Shown: positions 1 to 6,925 of the stretch, piece after piece
How the letters are laid out: every line of letters starts with the position of its first letter
How positions within the stretch are numbered: the first letter of the stretch is position 1
Virus record (IMG/VR): IMGVR_UViG_3300032053_004498
Coordinates: 1 to 25,363 of that record
Length of the DNA: 25,363 bases
Reading direction: 5' to 3' (one strand)
From: a virus
Lineage: Duplodnaviria > Caudoviricetes
Program-made: the position numbers and the translations under genes
Notes under the pieces: generated by a model
What the model was told of the DNA's origin: nothing
What the model saw: only the letters and a program-made list of their open reading frames with translations
Databases searched by the model: none

Positions 1-2
1 AT

Positions 3-257
3 GGCGTCACGCTACGAGCCATCCGAGGTGCACGTTCAATCCCAGACGTGGCCCGCTCAATCGGCTGTAGCGTCGCCAGCCTGTCAGTGTGGGAGACGGA
101 GGGTGGTTGTCCGTCGACAGAGTCGATTGAGGCACTGCGTCGATTCTACGGTGCCACACTTGATGACGCGATCACTGTTGAGTCATGGGTCGCATCAGAG
201 ACGCGACACCTTGACGAACGATTCCAAGAACGCATGGACGATGAGGACGCACAATGA
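3..257 (+). CDS. XRE-family helix-turn-helix protein (5' partial)
   Basis: Frame is open from the window edge: GVTLRAIRGARSIPDVARSIGCSVASLSVWETEGGCPSTESIEALRRFY fits the Cro/CI XRE pattern. The true start probably lies upstream of the window. Stop overlaps the next ATG (ATGA). Confidence 0.8.
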   Translation, partial: GVTLRAIRGARSIPDVARSIGCSVASLSVWETEGGCPSTESIEALRRFYGATLDDAITVESWVASETRHLDERFQERMDDEDAQ

Positions 258-868
258 TCATCTACCTCGACACCGAAACCGTACCGTCGTCACGTCTTGA
301 CGTCGCAGAGCACTACGCCGCCAAGCATTTTGATCCCGACGACATCGCCAAGGCCGCCAAGAAAGCAGCAGCCGACCTCGACAAGACCAGCCTGTCTGGC
401 TTGTTTGGCGAGCTTGCTGTGATCAGTTGGGCCAACGACGACGATGAGCCCTGCACGTTGACTCGCAACTTCTACCGCGCCGATGGTGAGCGCGAGATGC
501 TGGAAGCGTTCGCAGAGTGTGACGTGGAGGGTGATCACATCGTCGCCCACAATGCCGAGTTTGATCGGAACATGATTCGTCAACGCGCCATCGTGCTCGG
601 GGTCAAACTGCCCCGCGTTTACTCAGCGATTGACGTCAAACCTTGGGACAGCCGTTGGCGTTGCACGATGGCGATTTGGACCGACAGCCGCATGGGTCGA
701 GTGAGTCTCGACGATCTCTGCTTGGCGTTTGGCTTGCCAGGCAAAGGGGGCGTGGACGGCAGCATGGTGGCGGGCATGGTCAGAGCGGGCCGCATTGATG
801 AGGTCGCCGCCTACTGTGCCGACGACGTGCGACGGGTGCGAGCGATCTACCAGAGGATGACGCGATGA
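254..868 (+). CDS. Stand-alone 3'-5' exonuclease (DnaQ/PolB-exonuclease-like, DEDDy)
   Basis: ExoI LDTET, ExoII HNAEFD and ExoIII YCADD motifs; SLDDLCLAFGLPGK segment typical of phage PolB-exo-like proteins. Confidence 0.85.
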   Translation: MIIYLDTETVPSSRLDVAEHYAAKHFDPDDIAKAAKKAAADLDKTSLSGLFGELAVISWANDDDEPCTLTRNFYRADGEREMLEAFAECDVEGDHIVAHNAEFDRNMIRQRAIVLGVKLPRVYSAIDVKPWDSRWRCTMAIWTDSRMGRVSLDDLCLAFGLPGKGGVDGSMVAGMVRAGRIDEVAAYCADDVRRVRAIYQRMTR

Positions 869-1230
869 CCGAATCCGAACACGTCATTCAATGCCAGGCG
901 ATCCAATGGATTAGGCAGAACACGCCATACGTTGTCTACGCGATTCCCAACGGCGGTAGCCGTGGACGTCGACAAGGTGCGGCCCTGAAAGCAGAGGGTG
1001 TGCTTGCGGGCATTCCCGATCTGCATATCCCTGCGCTGTCGCTGTTTATCGAGATGAAAACGCCCGTCGGCAAGGTGTCGCCAGTGCAGAGAGAGATGCA
1101 TGAGCGACTGCGCAAGGACAGCCAGACCGTCGAGGTGTGCAGGAGTGTCGAGGACGTGATCCGCGTCGTCATGATCGAGATGGCTCCGAGTGTCCCGACG
1201 CGCCAGCCACTCAAGAAGGTGCAGCCATGA
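865..1230 (+). CDS. VRR-NUC domain endonuclease (PD-(D/E)xK)
   Basis: ESEHVIQ, AIPNGG, EGVLAGIPDL, FIEMK and Q-x3-H motifs; ATGA-coupled on both sides. Confidence 0.88.
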   Translation: MTESEHVIQCQAIQWIRQNTPYVVYAIPNGGSRGRRQGAALKAEGVLAGIPDLHIPALSLFIEMKTPVGKVSPVQREMHERLRKDSQTVEVCRSVEDVIRVVMIEMAPSVPTRQPLKKVQP

Positions 1231-1511
1231 AACGGTATTGGTGTCCGACGTGTGGCGAGATGGAGTCGTTCGTCTTCCTTGGGATCGCCAACGCAATCAA
1301 ACACCGCGACGGTTGCATTTTGCGAGAAATCCCCGTCGTCGAGCCCCTCGCCGTGCCAGAGGTGACGACGTGGGGTGAGTCGGGGGGAGTGGATGCGGTG
1401 TGTCTGAGTGTGTATTTCGACGACACGATCTACCTCCGTGGTCGGTTGTTTGCGCCTGGTGACCGCAACATCGTTGCGGCCATCAACTACGTCGCAGGGG
1501 TGAAGAGATGA
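1227..1511 (+). CDS. Hypothetical protein with N-terminal CPTC motif
   Basis: ATG at 1227 overlaps the upstream stop (ATGA); MKRYWCPTCGEM; stop overlaps the methyltransferase ATG. Confidence 0.65.
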   Translation: MKRYWCPTCGEMESFVFLGIANAIKHRDGCILREIPVVEPLAVPEVTTWGESGGVDAVCLSVYFDDTIYLRGRLFAPGDRNIVAAINYVAGVKR

Positions 1512-2236
1512 TCGACCTTAGACTTGGCCGCTGGCAGGACACGCTGGCCGATGTGACGACGTGTGACGCGGTGATTTGCGACCCGCCGTATTCGGCGAGG
1601 ACGCATGAGGGGCATGATGGTTCGACGGACGTCAGGGCCAAGACAGGGTGGACCCGTGCCGACGGGTATTTTGAGAAGCCATCGAATCCAGGCAGCACCA
1701 GACGTAGCATCAACTATACCACCCTCACCCCCGACGACGTCCGATCATTCGTCGATTCGTGGGCACCCCGCTGCCGAGGCTGGTTCGTCGCCTTCACGTC
1801 GCACGACCTCGTGCCCGACTACACCGCCGCCCTCGAGGCGCACGATCGGTACGTGTTTGCGCCGCTGCCGTTCTTCTCGCCAGGATCGCGCGTGCGCCTC
1901 TCTGGCGATGGCCCCAGCTCATGGACGTGTTGGATCGTTGTCGCCCGGCCACGGGCAGCACCGTACGCCAAATGGGGCACGCTGCCGGGTGGCTACGCTG
2001 GCACCAGCCCGCCGTGTGAGGTGGTGGGCGGAAAACCGGAATGGCTCATGCGCGCCATCGTCCGCGACTACTCCCGCCCCGGTGATCTGATCGTCGATCC
2101 GTTCTGCGGCTCCGGCACAACGGCCCTTGCCGCCGCATCAGAAGGCCGTCGCTGCATCACGAGCGAGGAGCTCCCGGCCCACCATGAGATCGCTCGCAAA
2201 CGGATTGCGCGGGGCTACACGCCGGATCTGTTTTGA
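1508..2236 (+). CDS. DNA N6-adenine/N4-cytosine methyltransferase, beta class (orphan)
   Basis: Catalytic DPPY near the N-terminus, then KPEWLM and the SAM-binding DPFCGSGTT near the C-terminus (beta motif order). Confidence 0.9.
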   Translation: MIDLRLGRWQDTLADVTTCDAVICDPPYSARTHEGHDGSTDVRAKTGWTRADGYFEKPSNPGSTRRSINYTTLTPDDVRSFVDSWAPRCRGWFVAFTSHDLVPDYTAALEAHDRYVFAPLPFFSPGSRVRLSGDGPSSWTCWIVVARPRAAPYAKWGTLPGGYAGTSPPCEVVGGKPEWLMRAIVRDYSRPGDLIVDPFCGSGTTALAAASEGRRCITSEELPAHHEIARKRIARGYTPDLF

Positions 2237-2282
2237 TAAAACCGCATCCCAAAGCCCCAGAAAATAAATCTAGACACAGTGC

Positions 2283-2310
2283 TTGACATTATTTGTGCGC
2301 TGCGTAGAAT
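2283..2310 (+). promoter_or_regulatory. Sigma70-type promoter
   Basis: TTGACA (2283-2288), 16-bp spacer, TAGAAT (2305-2310), with an A-rich UP-like tract upstream, in an AT-rich intergenic gap. Confidence 0.8.
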
Positions 2311-2354
2311 GGACTCACGGCGCCAAACACGGAGCCGCAACAGGGAGACAGACA

Positions 2355-2534
2355 ATGACCAGCATCATCATCAGCATCAACAGCGACCTCGACTCCGTCA
2401 CCTACGCCACCGACACTGACGCCGAAGTGCAGATTGCTCGCCAAGCGTTGCGCGACGCTGGCCTGGCCTACGAGGACGAGTGGGTTGGCTTCGGCGACGA
2501 CGCCGTCAAAAACGGCAACAAACTGTTTGCCTGA
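2355..2534 (+). CDS. Small acidic hypothetical protein (59 aa)
   Basis: AGGGAG RBS at 2342-2347, ATG at 2355, directly downstream of the promoter. Confidence 0.75.
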   Translation: MTSIIISINSDLDSVTYATDTDAEVQIARQALRDAGLAYEDEWVGFGDDAVKNGNKLFA

Positions 2535-2565
2535 GCCACCCCCCCCCCACAACCAACACCGCAAC

Positions 2566-2585
2566 GCCCCGACAGCCGGGGCTTT
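2566..2585 (+). terminator. GC hairpin, possible weak intrinsic terminator or RNA processing site
   Basis: GCCCCG-ACAGC-CGGGGC followed by only TTT. Confidence 0.5.
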
Positions 2586-2603
2586 CGGCATAGGGAGACA
2601 CAC

Positions 2604-2762
2604 ATGACCATCACGGAATGCCGCTGCCTATATTGCGAGGCAGAATACGAGCAGCGAGACGAGTACGAGGACGCGCCAGAGATCGAGTGGGATACGCCGA
2701 TCTCAGATGACGAGCTCGCAGAACGCCTCGCTTGGTTTTGGATGCCGAAAGAGGAAGCATGA
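2604..2762 (+). CDS. Small acidic protein with CxCxxC motif (52 aa; not in ORF track)
   Basis: AGGGAG RBS at 2592-2597; MTITECRCLYCEAEYEQRDEYEDAPEIEWDTPISDDELAERLAWFWMPKEEA; ATGA overlap with the next ORF. Confidence 0.7.
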   Translation: MTITECRCLYCEAEYEQRDEYEDAPEIEWDTPISDDELAERLAWFWMPKEEA

Positions 2763-2866
2763 GCCCACGATTCCGCCGCGCCATCATCCGCCAAGCCGCC
2801 CGCGAGGGTCTGCCCGTGTGGGCCTGGCTGCTCGCCACCTATTACCGAGAGACGACCAATGCGTGA
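2759..2866 (+). CDS. Small protein (35 aa; not in ORF track)
   Basis: MSPRFRRAIIRQAAREGLPVWAWLLATYYRETTNA; fills the gap exactly, overlapping both neighbours. Confidence 0.55.
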   Translation: MSPRFRRAIIRQAAREGLPVWAWLLATYYRETTNA

Positions 2867-3071
2867 GCCTGACGACGACCGAGACGAGCCGACCGACGAT
2901 GAGATTGCAGATCACATCGCCACCCACACGGATTGCGAGGCAGAGATCGTCGACATGATACGGTGGCTGTCGACGGACAAGGAGATCCTGCAATGGGCAC
3001 ACAACCTCCGTCAGTCGATCTACGAAGCCATTATTGAGGCCCGCAACGACGTCAGCGACGGTGACGAATGA
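2859..3071 (+). CDS. Hypothetical acidic protein
   Basis: Part of the overlapping + strand gene chain; ATGA overlap downstream. Confidence 0.7.
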   Translation: MREPDDDRDEPTDDEIADHIATHTDCEAEIVDMIRWLSTDKEILQWAHNLRQSIYEAIIEARNDVSDGDE

Positions 3072-3313
3072 GCCCCATGACCATCACTCCTGAAGAAATC
3101 ATCCGTCGACAAATCGTCCGCGCCTTGTCCGATCTTGCGGACGCGGCAGCAGCCCTGCGAGTGGCCCGCGACGCTGCCTACGATGCCTCCAGAGTCGCGA
3201 CGATGCCAGGGGCCAAGCGAGAGGCGGTCCTGTATGCCATCGGCGAACTGGGGGTGCTTGTAGTTGCGATTGATCGGGTGGCGGCAGCGCAACGGAGGGT
3301 AGATAATGAGTGA
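3068..3313 (+). CDS. Hypothetical helical protein
   Basis: Coupled to neighbours; Ala-rich helical sequence. Confidence 0.65.
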   Translation: MSPMTITPEEIIRRQIVRALSDLADAAAALRVARDAAYDASRVATMPGAKREAVLYAIGELGVLVVAIDRVAAAQRRVDNE

Positions 3314-3521
3314 CGCAGAACTGATCCGCGAACGAGACCGCGCCATCAAACGCGCCGACACGCTGGAAGCCGAAGTGTGGGCGCTGGGTGTGCAGGTTGT
3401 CGCGCAGAAAGCACGCCTGCATTTGGCTGGCGAGGTGATCAAGGCCATGCGGTTGTTTGATCACCGCAAGACCGACGCCGCGTTGGCGGCATGGGACAAC
3501 GTGCCTGGGATGGAGCCATGA
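3306..3521 (+). CDS. Hypothetical coiled-coil protein
   Basis: GGAGGG RBS upstream; ATGA overlap downstream. Confidence 0.7.
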   Translation: MSDAELIRERDRAIKRADTLEAEVWALGVQVVAQKARLHLAGEVIKAMRLFDHRKTDAALAAWDNVPGMEP

Positions 3522-3667
3522 GCCTACTCACAATCGCCCTTGTCGGCGCCGTCGCCATCGGTGCCTTGCTGTTGGTCGTCCGCATCGTCGAGGCCATCGA
3601 CGACGCCAGACGCAATCGACGGCGGCAGCGCGCTTTGAACTCTTTTACCACCCGCGAGAACACATGA
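3518..3667 (+). CDS. Small single-pass membrane protein (49 aa; not in ORF track)
   Basis: MSLLTIALVGAVAIGALLLVVRIVEAIDDARRNRRRQRALNSFTTRENT; ATGA overlaps on both ends; hydrophobic N-terminus and basic tail. Confidence 0.7.
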   Translation: MSLLTIALVGAVAIGALLLVVRIVEAIDDARRNRRRQRALNSFTTRENT

Positions 3668-3861
3668 TTAAAATACCAGACATTCAATGCCCCCGATGTA
3701 ACGCCGTCGGAAAAGTGACGCCCGACCCTGCAATGTCAAAGTTTATCGGAAAGGCCTATTTCAAGGTCCGATGGACGCGAAATGGCAAGCCGCACTCGCT
3801 GGACACCAACGTCAAGCAGGCCGACCTTGACGACGCCTCGTTTGGATGTGGGCTGGACTGA
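3664..3861 (+). CDS. Hypothetical protein with CPRC motif
   Basis: ATG at 3664 overlaps the upstream stop; MIKIPDIQCPRCNAVGKV. Confidence 0.65.
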   Translation: MIKIPDIQCPRCNAVGKVTPDPAMSKFIGKAYFKVRWTRNGKPHSLDTNVKQADLDDASFGCGLD

Positions 3862-3864
3862 CAT

Positions 3865-4440
3865 ATGCTCACCCGCCGAACATTCACGCCACCCGACGAC
3901 AAGCCGCCGATCCTCACCAAGCGAACGCCCGTCGACGAATACGACAGGTGCCGCGAGTGCGGCACCGCCGAAGGCCAGCCCTGCTACGACAGCAACGACA
4001 AGCCACTGGCGAGCGTGTGCGTTGGTCGCACGTTGTCGAGTAGTGGCGCATTGAATCGAGAGGCACGCAACCGCTACAAAAAGAAAAAGGCCCGCACCAG
4101 GGAATCTGATGCGGACCTTTTTGTGTCGCCGACTCAAGCCAAACCAGTAGCGCAAAAGACGCACCCTTGCAAGGGGTGCAGCGTCGAGGTTCCGGTGCTG
4201 CGTGTGTGGTGCCACCGTCGCATCTGTCGAGCAGCAGCCGCGAAAGAGTACCGCGAAATCAGGTCAACAATTGGCGTCAAGATCTACACGATGGTTTGCA
4301 ACAATTGTCATCGCGCATACGAGACGACAAGCGCCAGCGCGTCGTGGTCGACAGACCCTCACTGTCTGCATCCACAATGCCGCGCCGCCTATCGGCAAAG
4401 GCGAAACGCTCGACGAAAGAAAGCACCCAATGCCCATTGA
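3865..4440 (+). CDS. Cys-rich basic protein with several putative zinc-binding motifs
   Basis: CRECG-x5-PC, CKGC...WCHRRIC, CNNC...HCLHPQC; basic C-terminus. Confidence 0.7.
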   Translation: MLTRRTFTPPDDKPPILTKRTPVDEYDRCRECGTAEGQPCYDSNDKPLASVCVGRTLSSSGALNREARNRYKKKKARTRESDADLFVSPTQAKPVAQKTHPCKGCSVEVPVLRVWCHRRICRAAAAKEYREIRSTIGVKIYTMVCNNCHRAYETTSASASWSTDPHCLHPQCRAAYRQRRNARRKKAPNAH

Positions 4441-4690
4441 TTGGCCAACAGTTTTTGCGACTTATTCCGACGACGTCGACGCCGTCATTGCCAAACGGCT
4501 TGGCGTCGCAACGTCGACAGTCTGGAAGGCACGGACCAACCGCAAAGGCAAGTCTCGCAGAGACTCACAGATATTCGTGCGGTGTCCTGTCGACGTGAGA
4601 AGCGCCATCATCGAAGCAGCCGCTGTCGATGGTGTGACGATGTCGCAGTGGGTGCTCAGAGCGTGTGAGCGTGCGATTGAAGACCTGTAG
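4430..4690 (+). CDS. Putative DNA-binding protein: HTH plus ribbon-helix-helix-like domain
   Basis: DAVIAKRLGVATSTVWKAR (HTH) followed by QIFVRCPVDVRSAIIEAAAVDGVTMSQWVLRAC (RHH/CopG/HicB-like); ATG at 4430. Confidence 0.7.
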   Translation: MPIDWPTVFATYSDDVDAVIAKRLGVATSTVWKARTNRKGKSRRDSQIFVRCPVDVRSAIIEAAAVDGVTMSQWVLRACERAIEDL

Positions 4691-4946
4691 CGATTGCGGA
4701 TGGCCCCTAGCCAAATGGGCGAAGGGCCGCTGTCGATCATGCGCACGCTTGCGAGACCTCGCACGCCATCACGCACCACCTCGACAGGTGGCGTGTTGGC
4801 ATTGCCAGACGCCAGTGAGCGCAAGCAGTCGCAAGGCTGGCGTCGTCGCATGGTGTGGAGCCGTCGCTTGTCGGAGACCCTGTAGGGCAGAGTCACAGCG
4901 ACGTAGTCAATCCCGAAAAACAGTGACAGCCCTTGCGCCAACGTAG
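4665..4946 (+). CDS. Cys-rich basic hypothetical protein
   Basis: CSDC...CRSC and CWHC...WC-x4-C motifs like those of 3865-4440; 3' end overlaps the convergent peptidase gene by 40 bp. Confidence 0.55.
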   Translation: MSVRLKTCSDCGWPLAKWAKGRCRSCARLRDLARHHAPPRQVACWHCQTPVSASSRKAGVVAWCGAVACRRPCRAESQRRSQSRKTVTALAPT

Positions 4947-5488
4947 GGCCGTCGACGCCGTCCCCACATGACCGTCGCCGCTAGCGTTGTGCGGTCGATC
5001 CTCTCAACCTTTGCCGTCGCGGGGTCCGCGAGATACAGCCACGCATCGTCGGCAGCGTAGGCGCAGACCCAATGGTCCCCGATGCTGTCGCCGCCCTTGA
5101 CCCCGGCGTCGTAGTCCACTGACAGCAAGGCGACACCGCCACGCGACAGAGTGTCCAGAATCAACGGAGACAGCCGATCAACAGGCGCCTTGACGCCGGG
5201 GCCATCGGCGTCGACATCGACAGTCAGGCCCGTCTGTGCTCGTACGAGCTCAGGCACCACACACCCACTAGCACCGGGTGCCCACACGCCAGGTCGAGCC
5301 AGGCCAGCGGTCTGCACCGTCGTCGGTGTAGCGCCAGCCCTGACGCCAAGGTAGCGCAAGGCCATCGCTACCGACGTGATGACACATCCGACGGCGCCGC
5401 ATTTCTGATTGCCACGCCCGACGCTCATAGGCCCGTGCGGATAGGCACCCTGCCAGATGACGGGCTGATCGTTGTGGCCGCTACGCAT
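4907..5488 (-). CDS. Peptidase C39-like (papain-fold) protein, candidate endolysin
   Basis: WQG, GCVITSVAMAL, GDHWV and LADPA provide Gln/Cys/His/Asp catalytic residues; last gene of the late operon, next to small membrane proteins. Confidence 0.75.
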   Translation of the reverse strand: MRSGHNDQPVIWQGAYPHGPMSVGRGNQKCGAVGCVITSVAMALRYLGVRAGATPTTVQTAGLARPGVWAPGASGCVVPELVRAQTGLTVDVDADGPGVKAPVDRLSPLILDTLSRGGVALLSVDYDAGVKGGDSIGDHWVCAYAADDAWLYLADPATAKVERIDRTTLAATVMWGRRRRPYVGARAVTVFRD

Positions 5489-5609
5489 GTGTCACCACCT
5501 TGATCGTCGACGACGAGAACAAGCGGCCCAAGCGCAACGCCTCGACAATGTCGTGAGCCATCACGACGCGGTACGCGCCGTCGTCGTAGACCACGCGGTA
5601 GGCCGTCAT
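5481..5609 (-). CDS. Small hypothetical protein (42 aa; not in ORF track)
   Basis: MTAYRVVYDDGAYRVVMAHDIVEALRLGRLFSSSTIKVVTHA; ATGA overlap upstream; fills the gap. Confidence 0.6.
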   Translation of the reverse strand: MTAYRVVYDDGAYRVVMAHDIVEALRLGRLFSSSTIKVVTHA

Positions 5610-5902
5610 CGCTTGGGTGCGTTCGCCAGACGCTTGACGTCGTCACGCAACTCGGAAAGCTGTTCCTTGATGGTGACGATGTCCGCCGACATCGTCGCTA
5701 TCGCAGCAGGCACACTGTCGACGCGGCGTAGGTCTCGCTCGACGACGGAGACGCGTTGATCCATGCGAATGGTGTCATCACGCAATGTGAAAAACGACGA
5801 CGACACCCACGCGACGCTAGCCGTCAGCAATGCGCCGATGACGCCAATCGACCACATGGGGACCGTGACGCCGGTTGGCCGATCCGTTGTTGACGTCGTC
5901 AT
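5606..5902 (-). CDS. Membrane protein (1 TM + coiled coil), lysis module
   Basis: WSIGVIGALLTASVAWVSSSFF TM followed by heptad repeats; located in the lysis cassette. Confidence 0.7.
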   Translation of the reverse strand: MTTSTTDRPTGVTVPMWSIGVIGALLTASVAWVSSSFFTLRDDTIRMDQRVSVVERDLRRVDSVPAAIATMSADIVTIKEQLSELRDDVKRLANAPKR

Positions 5903-6111
5903 GGCTTCTTCGCCACGCGCTCAATCGAATCAGCCGCTTGGTCAAGTGCCACGCCGATGACGTCGTTGCCCTTGTCTTTATCGGACAACAACTGCCTCGA
6001 CACGCGCCGAAGAATGCCGACGATGAAGTCCTTGGCGAAGAGCGCCAGCAAGACAACCAGCATCGATTGCAGCGACTGTGGCGAGGCGAGAGACAGCATG
6101 AGGTCTGGCAT
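5899..6111 (-). CDS. Small membrane protein, putative holin
   Basis: MLVVLLALFAKDFIVGIL hydrophobic segment and charged C-terminus; start uncertain (6111 or 6147). Confidence 0.55.
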   Translation of the reverse strand: MPDLMLSLASPQSLQSMLVVLLALFAKDFIVGILRRVSRQLLSDKDKGNDVIGVALDQAADSIERVAKKP

Positions 6112-6148
6112 GGTGCCTACAGTAGCGAGCCGATCACCAATCGACAAC

Positions 6149-6904
6149 CTACCGCCAAGGGTTGGGCACCGAAAACAGTAGGGCTTTTTTCGTTGGCCGT
6201 TGTCGTACTAGCGTGATCAAAAGCACGGAGCCCGACGACGTCGCATCGTCGAGAGAGATAGCGCCGGTCCCTGTCGCGCCAAGCTGTAGGTTGGCGTCGC
6301 CAGTCACGGACACTGCGTCTAGCGCAACGGCGCCGGTTGCGGTGATGGCCGATGCCTGGACGTCGCCCACACCAGCGACGCTGACACCGCCCAACGCAAT
6401 CGTGCCCGTCGCTTGACCTGTCGACGAGCCGACGCCAGCAACAGAGACATTGCCAAGCGTAACGGCGCTGCTTGCCTTGATTGTCGACGTTGCAACGCCT
6501 GCGACCGCAACAGCGCCCAACGTGACAGCGCCCGACGCAACGATGACAGGTGAGCCCGCGCCAGCGACGGACACCGAGGCCAGGGAGATTGAGCCGGACG
6601 CGTGAACTGTCGACGTGCCCAGCCCGGCGACTGTGACGGCGCCCAATGCAACGGCGCCGGTAGCGATGTGCGTTTGTCTGCCGACGCCAGCAACGGTGAC
6701 GGTGTCGAGGGTGACAGCGCCGGTAACTGTGACGCCAGCAGCGCCAACCGTAGCGGAGCCACTGACAGCAGCGTCGCCAAGCGTGATGTCGCTGGCTTCT
6801 TCAAGCGGAAACGGCGGATTTGGATCGTGCGCCGTGAGCGTAGGAGCCCATTGCGTTTGCGCCCACGATTGCGTGACTAGGCCGTTGCCGGATGTCTGAT
6901 GCAT
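6149..6904 (-). CDS. Repeat-rich fibre-like structural protein
   Basis: About 9 imperfect ~21-aa repeats of type A[ST]GAV[TA]LG[AN]V[ST]VAGVG; AGGAGG RBS. Confidence 0.75.
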   Translation of the reverse strand: MHQTSGNGLVTQSWAQTQWAPTLTAHDPNPPFPLEEASDITLGDAAVSGSATVGAAGVTVTGAVTLDTVTVAGVGRQTHIATGAVALGAVTVAGLGTSTVHASGSISLASVSVAGAGSPVIVASGAVTLGAVAVAGVATSTIKASSAVTLGNVSVAGVGSSTGQATGTIALGGVSVAGVGDVQASAITATGAVALDAVSVTGDANLQLGATGTGAISLDDATSSGSVLLITLVRQRPTKKALLFSVPNPWR

Positions 6905-6925
6905 GACCCGGCCTCCTACTCAGTT

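Noticed and set aside
2283-2354. TTG start at 2283 in the ORF track
   Set aside because: This TTG is the -35 box of the promoter; the ATG at 2355 has a strong RBS.
6220-6790. Periodic sequence as possible CRISPR array or DNA tandem repeat
   Set aside because: The periodicity is at protein level, with diverged codons; no identical repeat-spacer structure.
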